From NCBI GenBank assembly GCA_033762055.1, contig JANRLZ010000061.1, positions 1-42,522 of the forward strand: a stretch of 42,522 bases of DNA, given 5' to 3'. The notes under the pieces were generated by a model. It searched no databases. It saw nothing but the letters and a program-made list of their open reading frames with translations, and was not told the DNA's origin. A program made the position numbers and the translations under genes. Origin of the DNA: Saprospiraceae bacterium. GTDB lineage: Bacteria > Bacteroidota > Bacteroidia > Chitinophagales > Saprospiraceae. Each line of letters starts with the position of its first letter. The stretch's first letter is position 1. Of this stretch, positions 1 through 8,684 are shown in pieces.

Positions 1-245
1 ATGACCCCAAAAAACCATTTGAAAATTAAAACACTCCTCCGCCCCGGATACCAGAACGCCAACAAACCTTAATCCATGTTCTCCCTATGTGCTTCAAAAC
101 CCCAAAAACCATTTGAAGATGACGGTTGATAATTTCCAAAAAACACCCACCACCTGAAACCCCTTTGCCCCTCGCCTTCCGCCCCAGAAAACTATTTGAA
201 AACATTACCCCCAATCAACCAACCCAGTTTGCCATTTGAAAGTTA
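1..245 (+). repeat. Four dispersed copies of a roughly 20-nt motif (consensus about CCCCAAAAACCATTTGAAAA) in a G-depleted, C/A-rich non-coding stretch
   Basis: The core CCATTTGAA occurs at 15-23, 109-117 and 232-240, and as CTATTTGAA at 192-200. The first three copies share the CCCCA(A/G)AAA prefix. I counted about 25 G in the first 240 nt against abundant C. The only ORF here (26-214, minus) looks spurious. Confidence 0.5.
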
Positions 246-247
246 GT

Positions 248-287
248 CAGCCAACCCAGGCGTAATGCCGGGTTGGCTGTTTTTATT
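248..287 (+). terminator. Rho-independent terminator (plus-strand sense)
   Basis: A perfect 10-bp stem, CAGCCAACCC (248-257) with GGGTTGGCTG (270-279), has a 12-nt loop that can extend the stem by GGC/GCC. It is followed by TTTTTATT (280-287). Confidence 0.7.
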
Positions 288-306
288 GGGGGGAATGATT
301 TTCCCG

Positions 307-1647
307 TCACTCCCTGATTAATTTTTTTGCGGCGCGGCCCTGCGGCGTGGTTATTTCCACAAAATACAGGCCGGCCGGTTGTTGGCTCAGATCGAACGAA
401 ACACGATGCGTACCCGGGAGCCAGGTTTGGGCGGCGCGTTGCAGGATCATCCGGCCGTCGGCGCCGATCACGCGAAAGGCCATTTCCTGCGCCTTTTCAG
501 ACTGAAATTCCACCCAACAAACGCTATTGGTCGGGTTGGGCAACAGACGCCAGGCGGTTTCCTCGCCGTTGACGCCCGGCAGTCCACTGCTTTCGAGTAG
601 TCCGCTACGCGGCCCCGCCAGCACATTGCGCATGAGTTCAACCTGGCCTTTGGTAAACATGTTCATACAATCTTCGCTGGAGTAATCCATAAAATTTTCC
701 ACCAGATCGGGCACGTCGTCGTTGTAAAATACTTCTACCTGCTCGCAGGTGTTGCGGGTTTTATCACAATTAAATTCCGATTGCGAGTTGGCATACGGCG
801 TATCATCTACCCCGTCGCTTTCGGCGCAGTTAATGGGCCCAAACAAAACGCCATAGCCCAAGATATGCCTCAGTCCGAGGAAGTGCCCCACCTCGTGTAC
901 GGGCGTACGTCCGCGCACAAGCAGGTTACCGCCGCCGGCCGGGTTGGGCAGCGGGTTGGGGTTGTTGCGTCCCATCATGCGGTAATCAATCACCACACCG
1001 TCTTCATCGGCGCTGGGCGCGCCGGAGTCGGGAGGCCAGTTGGCCAGGTTGTTGGGCGGGAAGGCAAACCCGAGAATTTGTCCTATCGGGATGCCGAAAA
1101 TGGTCGTAGGCTGGATTTTGCAAACCCAGATGTTGAGATATTTTTCGGTATCCCAGGCGTCGGAGCCGCCTTCATTGTCGTGTTTGAGTTCGCTGAGCAG
1201 GCTGTTGCCCAAAATATCAAGTGAAAAAAGTTGACTGGTTTGTACGCGTACGATTTGTTGCAATTCAAAATGAATATCGGCGTTGCCGGCTACCGGCTGA
1301 AAAAGCGGCCGCAGGTTGGCGGTATCGGCGTTTTGGCGGTTAAAATCCTGGTTTAATATGTCAATCTGGTTTTCGATAATGCTGTCGGCCAGATTTTCTG
1401 CTGCGGCATTCCAGACGACATGCACGACGACCTTGATGTTCAGCGGCGAACGCTCGCCCGCAACTGCAGGCCGGCGGCGGGCTTCTTCGAAGGTTTGATC
1501 AAAAGCCGCCTGTAATTCAGGGTATTTTTCCCGTATAACGTGCGAAAAAACCGTATTACCGCAAAGGATACGCGGCGGGGTGTTTTGGGCAAAAAGGGAG
1601 GCGGCGCCGGACAAGGCGAGCAAAATGACAATCAAAATTTGTTTCAT
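307..1647 (-). CDS. Secreted M43-family (metzincin, pappalysin/cytophagalysin-like) zinc metalloprotease with a T9SS C-terminal sorting domain
   Basis: The N-terminal signal peptide is MKQILIVILLALSGAASLFAQ. The metzincin motif HEVGHFLGLRH is present. The C-terminal ~80 aa (LLPNPTNS...AGLYFVEITT...KKLIRE) resemble the Por/T9SS CTD. Confidence 0.8.
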   Translation of the reverse strand: MKQILIVILLALSGAASLFAQNTPPRILCGNTVFSHVIREKYPELQAAFDQTFEEARRRPAVAGERSPLNIKVVVHVVWNAAAENLADSIIENQIDILNQDFNRQNADTANLRPLFQPVAGNADIHFELQQIVRVQTSQLFSLDILGNSLLSELKHDNEGGSDAWDTEKYLNIWVCKIQPTTIFGIPIGQILGFAFPPNNLANWPPDSGAPSADEDGVVIDYRMMGRNNPNPLPNPAGGGNLLVRGRTPVHEVGHFLGLRHILGYGVLFGPINCAESDGVDDTPYANSQSEFNCDKTRNTCEQVEVFYNDDVPDLVENFMDYSSEDCMNMFTKGQVELMRNVLAGPRSGLLESSGLPGVNGEETAWRLLPNPTNSVCWVEFQSEKAQEMAFRVIGADGRMILQRAAQTWLPGTHRVSFDLSQQPAGLYFVEITTPQGRAAKKLIRE

Positions 1648-1685
1648 GGAAAAAATTGGATGTTGGTGAGCGTATGCTGGAGTAT

Positions 1686-2711
1686 TTAATTCCCCGAAAT
1701 TTCCACCTCCTCACGTACGGCCTGCCGACGGTCGCGCAAGACCGCAATACCGGCATTTAATTCAAAACCGATCAGCAGGATCATACAATTCATTTGAATC
1801 CAGATCATCAGCACGATAAGCGTGCCGATAGAGCCGTAGAGTTTGTTGTAGTTGCCAAAATTATCCACATAAAATGAAAAAGCCGAGGAAATAAGGATGG
1901 ACAACAGGGTGGCCAGCATAGCGCCCGGGTTAAAAAAAGGAATGGGGCGCCAGGTAGAAGATCCAAAGCGATAAATGGTGGAGAAAGTGGTGTAAAAGAG
2001 CAGAAGTACGGCTACCCAGCGAAGGGCGGAAAAGGCGAATTCGGTGAGTGCGTCTACGTGTATATATTGGAACACAAAATTCAGGATCGTATCGCCCAGA
2101 ATAATCAGCAGCATGGAAGCCACCAGCACAAAAGCCACCAGAAACGTCAGTTGAATGGAAATCAGGCGTTTATGAAATTCGCTGCGCTGTTTGAAGGTCG
2201 TCGGATAATCTTTTTCCAATCCCTGCATCATCGAAAGCATGCCGTTGGAAGCAAACCACAAGGCCAGAAAAAAACCAAAAGACAACACGCCGCTGCGCGG
2301 AATGGTAGCGATGTCTTTGACCGTTTTGAAGATCATATCGCCCGCACTGCCAGGCATGATTTCCTTGATGGATTTTTGCAGCATTCCAAAAAAATCCATG
2401 CTGATGGGAAAATAAGGCAGCAGGGAAATCAGCACGATAATGCCTGGAAAAATAGCCTGAAAAAAGCTGAAAGCCATGCTGTTTGCGCGGGTCACCATGG
2501 CGTCTTCTTTTACTTCATCATAAATAAAAGAAACCAGGTTGTAGAGCGGGATGCGTTTTAGCCCGGGCAAAGAATGTGTTTTCGACCATTCCAGCACCTT
2601 GAGCCAAAGGGGGTGCCGGGTAAAAAAGTGAACGACGCGGGTAAAAAAGTCGGGCTTTCGCACAGCGGGAGGGGGCGGATCGGTGTAATAACCTGTCTGA
2701 AAAGCGGCCAA
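1686..2711 (-). CDS. YihY/BrkB family integral membrane protein
   Basis: This 341-aa polytopic membrane protein has family-typical segments (ANSMAFSFFQAIFPGIIVLISLLP, LIVLMIWIQMNCMILLIGFELNA). Confidence 0.7.
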   Translation of the reverse strand: MAAFQTGYYTDPPPPAVRKPDFFTRVVHFFTRHPLWLKVLEWSKTHSLPGLKRIPLYNLVSFIYDEVKEDAMVTRANSMAFSFFQAIFPGIIVLISLLPYFPISMDFFGMLQKSIKEIMPGSAGDMIFKTVKDIATIPRSGVLSFGFFLALWFASNGMLSMMQGLEKDYPTTFKQRSEFHKRLISIQLTFLVAFVLVASMLLIILGDTILNFVFQYIHVDALTEFAFSALRWVAVLLLFYTTFSTIYRFGSSTWRPIPFFNPGAMLATLLSILISSAFSFYVDNFGNYNKLYGSIGTLIVLMIWIQMNCMILLIGFELNAGIAVLRDRRQAVREEVEISGN

Positions 2712-2800
2712 AGTTAGCGCAGTATTTTCAATTTTTCCGGCATTCTGTAGAAGCGCCTTTCTCTTTCGTAATCCGCCCTACCTTGTGCCGTTTTTCACCC

Positions 2801-3868
2801 ATGACGTTCCGGATTTTTTGCCTTGTTGCTTTCCTGTTTTTTTTTCGCTTGAATACCTGTGCGGCTCAATCGGCGGCGCGAGATTCTTCCCTGCGTTTTT
2901 TTGGGGTTCCGCTTCTGTTTTACACCCCCGATACCCGATGGGGAATCGGTGCGGCAGGCATACTTACCTTTCCGACCCACCCGCTTCGCTCCAGCGTTAC
3001 CTTTAATTTTTCCATTACCCAAAACCGACAGTTGTTGATTTTTATGCCCTACTCCTGGTTTGGCAACAACAACCGCTGGCGGGCTTATGGCGAATTAGGC
3101 TGGTATCGTTATCTGTACCAGTATTTCGGTATCGGCAACCGGACGCCCAACGACTATATCGAAACCTATACGGCGCGTTTTCCCCGTATCCGTATCACGG
3201 CAGCCAAACGCCTCAAAGCGCCTAATTCATTGGGAATTCGTTTTTTTCTCGACGATTTTCATATCGTCTCATCCTCCGAGGGCGGCGAAATAAACGCGGG
3301 CACGGCGCCGGGCGCGCGTGGCGGCGTATCGTCGTCGGTCGGTCCGGTTTGGGTCTATGATTCGCGCGACAATGCTTTTTTCCCGCGGAAGGGCTGGTTG
3401 GCCGAAGGCGTTTTTACCGCAGATCATCGCCTTAGCGGCAGCGATTTTTCCTTCGTACGTTGCTCGCTGGATATAGCCCGTTATTTTTCAGTAGGGAAAA
3501 CCGTGCTGGCAGCCCACGGCATTGCCATTTTTACTGCCGGCGATGTGCCGTTCTTTCAAATGCCGCAAATCGGCGGACCAAGGCGTTTGCGCGGGTATCC
3601 GGACGGAAAATACCGCGACCGCCATTTGCTGATGGCGCAGGCGGAATGGCGGTTCCCCTTGTTTTGGCGATTTAAAGGGGTGTTTTTTGGCGGCGGCGGC
3701 ACAGTAATGGGCCGGCCGGGCGAAAAAGCCCGGTTCCGCCCCAACGCCGGCGCCGGACTGCGGATCGAGTTCGACCGGCGACAGAAACTGCATCTCCGCA
3801 TTGATTACGGCATTGGCAAAGGCGCCGGCAACTCGGGGTTTTATGCCACAGTGGGAGAGGCGTTTTGA
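2801..3868 (+). CDS. Omp85/BamA-like outer-membrane beta-barrel protein (surface antigen D15-type domain)
   Basis: I chose the ATG at 2801 (MTFRIFCLVAFLFFF..CAAQ signal); the ORF-track start at 2783 is a TTG. The protein has an alternating beta-strand pattern with abundant G, Y and R, and ends in an aromatic residue (..YATVGEAF). Confidence 0.6.
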   Translation: MTFRIFCLVAFLFFFRLNTCAAQSAARDSSLRFFGVPLLFYTPDTRWGIGAAGILTFPTHPLRSSVTFNFSITQNRQLLIFMPYSWFGNNNRWRAYGELGWYRYLYQYFGIGNRTPNDYIETYTARFPRIRITAAKRLKAPNSLGIRFFLDDFHIVSSSEGGEINAGTAPGARGGVSSSVGPVWVYDSRDNAFFPRKGWLAEGVFTADHRLSGSDFSFVRCSLDIARYFSVGKTVLAAHGIAIFTAGDVPFFQMPQIGGPRRLRGYPDGKYRDRHLLMAQAEWRFPLFWRFKGVFFGGGGTVMGRPGEKARFRPNAGAGLRIEFDRRQKLHLRIDYGIGKGAGNSGFYATVGEAF

Positions 3869-3876
3869 GGGGAGCC

Positions 3877-4860
3877 CTACCGCTTTCGCTCGGTCACGAA
3901 TACCAGCAAATCGCGCAAAGACTGCCGGGCCGGACTTTCGGGCGCAGCGTCGAGCAGGTCGAAGGCTTCCTGGCGAAAGCGGTACATCGCCTGGCGGGCA
4001 TATTCAAGTCCGCCGCTTTGTCGGACGAATTGAATGACTTCCGATACTTTTTCAGGGCGGTGGCTTTCGTTTTTGACGATGTTGATAATGCGGCGGCGTT
4101 CGCTTCGATCGGCCTGCGAGAGCGCATGGATGAGCGGCAGGGTCATCTTTTTTTCCTTGATGTCAATGCCAAGGGGTTTTCCCACATCGTCGTCGCCGAA
4201 ATCGAACAGATCGTCGCGTATCTGAAAGGCCATGCCGGTTTTTTCACCAAAGAGCCACATGCGTTGACGAATCCCTTCATCGCCCGGTGTGGTACTTACC
4301 GCGCCGGCGCAGCAGGCTGCCGCAATGAGCGAGGCCGTTTTCTGGCGGATAATTTCGTAATAAAGATCTTCGTGTATATCGAGCCGTCGGGCTTTTTCCA
4401 TTTGCAACAATTCACCCTCGGCCATTTCCTGTACAGCGCGACTTACAATTTCGAGCAGGGCAAATTGCTGGTGTTTGACCGAAAGCAACAGTCCTTGCGA
4501 CAATAAAAAATCGCCTACGAGAACGGCGATTTTATTCTTCCACAGCGCATTGATGGAAAAAAAACCGCGCCGTTCGTTGGCGTCGTCTACCACATCGTCG
4601 TGTACCAGCGAGGCGGTATGCAGCAGTTCGACGAGAGAAGCGGCGGTATAGGAAGGCTCTCCGAGCGGGCCGAAGAGGCGCGCACTGAGCAGTACCAGCA
4701 TGGGGCGTACCTGTTTGCCTTTGCGCTGCACGATATACCAGGTAATTTTATCGAGCAGGGGCGTTTTACTGCGCATGGCATCACGAAAACGCAACTCGAA
4801 AGTGTCGAGTTCGTCGGCGATCGGCTGTTTTATGGTATCCAAGGACATGGCGAGGGGCAA
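3877..4860 (-). CDS. Polyprenyl diphosphate synthase (trans-isoprenyl diphosphate synthase, IspB-like)
   Basis: Two Asp-rich motifs are present, LVHDDVVDD and FQIRDDLFDFG. The 327-aa length fits the family. Confidence 0.85.
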   Translation of the reverse strand: MPLAMSLDTIKQPIADELDTFELRFRDAMRSKTPLLDKITWYIVQRKGKQVRPMLVLLSARLFGPLGEPSYTAASLVELLHTASLVHDDVVDDANERRGFFSINALWKNKIAVLVGDFLLSQGLLLSVKHQQFALLEIVSRAVQEMAEGELLQMEKARRLDIHEDLYYEIIRQKTASLIAAACCAGAVSTTPGDEGIRQRMWLFGEKTGMAFQIRDDLFDFGDDDVGKPLGIDIKEKKMTLPLIHALSQADRSERRRIINIVKNESHRPEKVSEVIQFVRQSGGLEYARQAMYRFRQEAFDLLDAAPESPARQSLRDLLVFVTERKR

Positions 4861-4993
4861 ACCTACGATAAGGAAAGCGCAAAAGAAAAATCAGTGCGGT
4901 CCTATTGGGAAAAGTTTGCCCTAAAAACAGCGTTGCAGGGATAATGTTGGAGCAGGGCGGTGGCGATCCGCGTTTTGCCAGGGCCGCGTCCGG

Positions 4994-5707
4994 TCAACGC
5001 CCCGTGAATTGAGAAGGCTTGGCCGGACGCGGTTCCAGAGCGGCAAATACCAGTTCTTCCAGAAACCCGGCAACTTTAAGGCTGTCTCTTTTGCCACCAA
5101 AATCGGTCAATGACGGCAGGTGTTCCATAAAATAAGGTTGAAAGTGCGACATCTCCACCACAGAGCTTGCCAAAGAACGGGGGTAAGCATACGTCGGGTT
5201 GTACTCACTGAATATTTGGCCGATGTGCCTGCATAAATCTTTGTAGGGTTTGAATAAACGCTCTTCGTTGATGGAATCCACCTGTTTGGTCAGGTAAGTT
5301 TTGCTGCTCTCAGCCAGCACGATTTCGTAGAGCGCTTTTTTGTCAATATCAGTATCGTCCGACCATTCCGGCAGGCCAATGGTCAGGATTTCGATCAGTT
5401 TGCGGATTTTCATAGCCGGGTCGGTCGTATTCTGTACCAAAACCGTGGCCTGGTATTCAATGTAATTCCAGTACCAGCTGAGAAAGTAAAGCAGCAACCG
5501 GTGTTTGTTTTCAAAATACCGATAGATACTGGCTTCAGTCGTCGGAATCGCCTCGGCCAATTTTTTGAACGTAAACTGTTCGTAGCCCAGGTCGCGCATC
5601 ACCAGGATGCCTTTTCGCACAATATTCCGCCCGAGTTCGCTGCTTTCCGGATTGCGGAGCGTAAGGTTGAGGGCTGGTTGAATGTTGATAATTATATTCA
5701 TAAACAA
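4994..5707 (-). CDS. TetR/AcrR family transcriptional regulator
   Basis: The N-terminal HTH segment FTFKKLAEAIPTTEASIYRYFENKHRLL is typical of TetR_N. The rest of the protein is helical. Confidence 0.75.
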   Translation of the reverse strand: MFMNIIINIQPALNLTLRNPESSELGRNIVRKGILVMRDLGYEQFTFKKLAEAIPTTEASIYRYFENKHRLLLYFLSWYWNYIEYQATVLVQNTTDPAMKIRKLIEILTIGLPEWSDDTDIDKKALYEIVLAESSKTYLTKQVDSINEERLFKPYKDLCRHIGQIFSEYNPTYAYPRSLASSVVEMSHFQPYFMEHLPSLTDFGGKRDSLKVAGFLEELVFAALEPRPAKPSQFTGR

Positions 5708-5880
5708 ATGACAATGTGTTTATTATCCAAAAAATGCAAAACAATCATGAAGTCGACGACCTGATTTTGTCGTGTATTGGCAAAAAAAAATTGCGCAATA
5801 ATAAAACAAGATTTAAGCGTTTGGGTTTAATGTTCGATAGTTTTACTATTACGATTAAAAGTTTAACCAAAATACAAGCC

Positions 5881-6630
5881 ATGAACCCAAGGCGCAGCAA
5901 GATTTGGACGTTCGCAGCGATCCTGTGTTTATTGATAGCGGCGGACAGTCGGGCGCAGGCATTTTCCGGACAAACGGATGCGCCGCAGGCCTTGCAATGG
6001 GCTGCCCGGCAGGGCTTGCGTGCCGATTCGCTGTTGCACGATGCCGTGCGTGGCAGTGAGGCGGTAGAAATATTTACCCGCCTTGCAGAATGCTACCAAA
6101 TTTTCGATGCCGTAGCGATGGCCGGTTTTTATTGCACGGAAGTGAGGGCGGCGGCAGAATCAGGGCGGCGGCAATGCGATGTAATCAATTATTTGCTGGG
6201 CAAAGATCTTAACTCTAAAGTAGAGCGGGTGGTGGCGGCCAGGCGACAGGCCAACCGACTGCGCGAAGCGGCACTGGCGTGTTTGCAGACGGCAAAACCC
6301 GTCGCTGATGCAAGTGAAAAAGCGCCTTTTACCCTGCCTGACATCATTCGTCAGGATGCCTACCTGGCCGAACTTGATTTGGCGGATGGTTTGGCTTCGG
6401 AAGACCTGCACATTGTTTCGCAGAAAATCGAACATGCCATTCGCTTGCTGCATGATGTGGAGCACCTGGCGCGCACGTTCGATTCGTGTTCAAAGGTCCT
6501 GCAAATCAGCAATGCGGCTATTCTGCGCTGTGAGTCGGCGCTGGCGGCGCCCAACTGGCTGGAATTACGTCAGGCCGTGCAGGAAGCCATTTCGGAGGTA
6601 AAAAAAATTCAGACAACTGCCTGTTTTTAA
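5881..6630 (+). CDS. Hypothetical secreted, predominantly alpha-helical protein
   Basis: I chose the ATG at 5881 because it gives a signal peptide (MNPRRSKIWTFAAILCLLIAADSRAQA). I recognise no family. The gene is divergent from the TetR gene and lies upstream of the SPFH gene. Confidence 0.5.
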   Translation: MNPRRSKIWTFAAILCLLIAADSRAQAFSGQTDAPQALQWAARQGLRADSLLHDAVRGSEAVEIFTRLAECYQIFDAVAMAGFYCTEVRAAAESGRRQCDVINYLLGKDLNSKVERVVAARRQANRLREAALACLQTAKPVADASEKAPFTLPDIIRQDAYLAELDLADGLASEDLHIVSQKIEHAIRLLHDVEHLARTFDSCSKVLQISNAAILRCESALAAPNWLELRQAVQEAISEVKKIQTTACF

Positions 6631-6675
6631 ACAACCCCATTCGACCTATTCATTTACCAATAAAAAACGCAAACA

Positions 6676-7482
6676 ATGAAAAAGACAGCATTTCCCTTGA
6701 GATCGAGCCTGTTTTTGCTGGCTATTGCATTTTTCTTTACACAATGTACGGTGGTTCGCCAGGGTGAGTTTGGCGTAAAACGCACATTTGGCCGATTCAG
6801 CGACAATGTGTACACCAGCGGATTGCGCACATTCAATCCCTTTACCAGCACTGTGATAAAAGTCTCTTCACAAACAGAAAATCTGGAGGTGTCGCTGAAT
6901 ATTCCTTCACAGGAAGGTTTGACGATCCAGAGTGAAGTTTCCATCCTGTATCGGGTTACCAAAAAAGAAGCGCCCGATCTGTTGCGTAATGTAGGACTGG
7001 AATACGAAGAAAGCCTGATTCTGCCGGTCTTCCGTTCAGCGGTTGCCGATGTGACCTCGAAATATTATGCAAAAGACATGCACTCCGGCAACCGCGCAGA
7101 GATTGAAAATGCTATTCGGGAACTGATGATGAAAACGCTGACCGGGAAAGGAATTCTGGTGGAAAATGTGTTGTTGAAAAGCATTTCATTACCCAAAAAC
7201 CTCACAAAAGCCATTGAAGACAAACTGGAAGCCGAGCAACAGGCGCAACGCATGGAATTTATCCTCCAGCAAGAGAAACAGGAGGCCGAACGCAAACGCA
7301 TCCAGGCCGCCGGCGAACGCGATGCCAACAAAATCATCGCTGAAGGCCTGACAAAAGAGGTGTTGCAGTTCAAGGCACTTGACGCCTGGCTCAAATTGAG
7401 CCAATCTTCCAATTCAAAGGTGATTATTACCAATGGCACCGTACCGATGGTCATGGATCCGGAAGGAACAACCAGACAATAA
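6676..7482 (+). CDS. SPFH/Band 7 (prohibitin-like) domain lipoprotein
   Basis: A lipoprotein-type signal is present (LLAIAFFFTQC). The SPFH core runs GEFGVKRTFGRFS...TIQSEVSILYRV, and a C-terminal coiled-coil segment reads EAEQQAQRMEF..EAERKRIQAAGERDANKI. Confidence 0.8.
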   Translation: MKKTAFPLRSSLFLLAIAFFFTQCTVVRQGEFGVKRTFGRFSDNVYTSGLRTFNPFTSTVIKVSSQTENLEVSLNIPSQEGLTIQSEVSILYRVTKKEAPDLLRNVGLEYEESLILPVFRSAVADVTSKYYAKDMHSGNRAEIENAIRELMMKTLTGKGILVENVLLKSISLPKNLTKAIEDKLEAEQQAQRMEFILQQEKQEAERKRIQAAGERDANKIIAEGLTKEVLQFKALDAWLKLSQSSNSKVIITNGTVPMVMDPEGTTRQ

Positions 7483-7605
7483 GCAAGACGCAAAGCAAAA
7501 AACAAACAGCGGAAAGTCTTGAAATTAGGTGAGAAACCGTCGTGAATTTACATGCGGTTGATGAGTTTAAAGGTTCGTACCAACAGTGTACCCGTGGTAG
7601 TCAAA

Positions 7606-7640
7606 GGGTGGCCAAAAAAGTTTGGCCGCCCTTTTCTTCT
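7606..7640 (+). terminator. Rho-independent terminator after the SPFH gene
   Basis: The stem GGGTGGCCAAA with TTTGGCCGCCC is 11 bp with one G-U pair and an AAAG loop. It is followed by TTTTCTTCT. Confidence 0.65.
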
Positions 7641-7800
7641 GTTTCGACTGCTATGTTTCCGAACGTTCTCTCATGTTATTAAAGCGCCATTTTATCCCGA
7701 ATAATTGATTTCTAATCTAAATTTTCCAACATTAGACAACACGCTTTGTTCCTTTGCATCGCTTCTTTGAAAGAACATTTCCAAATCAATAATAACAACA

Positions 7801-8526
7801 ATGAAAAAAACGCTCTTTTTTGCAGCATTCCTCTTTATTTTCTCCGGCTTCGCCCAGGCACAAACCGCGGAAGAAATCGTTGCCAAACACATTGCAGCCA
7901 TCGGTGGCGATAACTGGAAACGCGTGGAAGCGGTAAAATCCGAAGCCAAAATCTCCGCCGACGGCGCTCCGGGTATGTCTATTATGATGACCATGGTTGC
8001 CGTACGCGACAAATCGCTCCGTATGGACGTATCTGTGATGGGCATGACACAAACCACCGTGCTGAATGGCGACGGCGGATGGGCTACCAACCCTTTCATG
8101 AACAAAATGGAGCCGGAGCCGCTTACTGCCGATCAGGTGAAAGCCATGCGCGACATGACAGACGTGGACGGCACCTTGATCGGGTATAAAGACAAGGGAT
8201 ATACCCTCGAATACGTTGGCACAGAAGACGTAGATGGCACAGAAGCCATTAAAATCAAGGTATCCAAGGGCGACAAACGCTATGAATATTCTTTCTTCGA
8301 TCCAAGCAGTTACTACGAAATCAAGAACGTGCGCGTTGAAGAAATTGACGGCAAAGAATCCGAAACAGCCACGATCTATTCCAATTTCAAATCGCAGGAC
8401 GGACTGGTATTCCCCTTCACCATCCAGCAAGCCGACCCGATGATGGGCGGTTCCACCGTAACTGTTACCGGCGTGACGATCAATCCGATGGTAGACATGA
8501 AAACTTTTGAAATGCCTTCGAAGTAA
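7801..8526 (+). CDS. Secreted LolA-like / outer-membrane lipoprotein-sorting-like protein (uncertain family)
   Basis: The signal peptide is MKKTLFFAAFLFIFSGFAQAQ. The 241-aa protein looks beta-rich. The N-terminal AEEIVAKHIAAIGG..W motif reminds me of LolA-fold proteins. It sits immediately upstream of the BNR protein. Confidence 0.4.
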   Translation: MKKTLFFAAFLFIFSGFAQAQTAEEIVAKHIAAIGGDNWKRVEAVKSEAKISADGAPGMSIMMTMVAVRDKSLRMDVSVMGMTQTTVLNGDGGWATNPFMNKMEPEPLTADQVKAMRDMTDVDGTLIGYKDKGYTLEYVGTEDVDGTEAIKIKVSKGDKRYEYSFFDPSSYYEIKNVRVEEIDGKESETATIYSNFKSQDGLVFPFTIQQADPMMGGSTVTVTGVTINPMVDMKTFEMPSK

Positions 8527-8552
8527 TCACAACCCGTGATTTCCTCTCTACG

Positions 8553-8629
8553 ACCGCAAAGGCTCGTCTGTACAATGGTCATTCCCAAGGGATACTCCGT
8601 TCGTTACGCGCCGCCTTTGCGGTTTTTTT
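8553..8629 (+). terminator. Long-loop hairpin with a T-tract (terminator-like or small structured element)
   Basis: An 11-bp perfect stem, ACCGCAAAGGC (8553-8563) with GCCTTTGCGGT (8613-8623), encloses a 49-nt loop. It is followed by TTTTTTT. Confidence 0.45.
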
Positions 8630-8684
8630 ATGTACGGGCTGTCTAACGTTTTTTGACGGATTTCCTTCTTACAAATTCTTGAAA

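Noticed and set aside
26-214. A 62-aa minus-strand ORF in the repeat region at the window start.
   Set aside because: The Gly/Arg-rich translation simply reflects the C-rich plus strand. The ORF overlaps the dispersed repeats and has no signal or motif.
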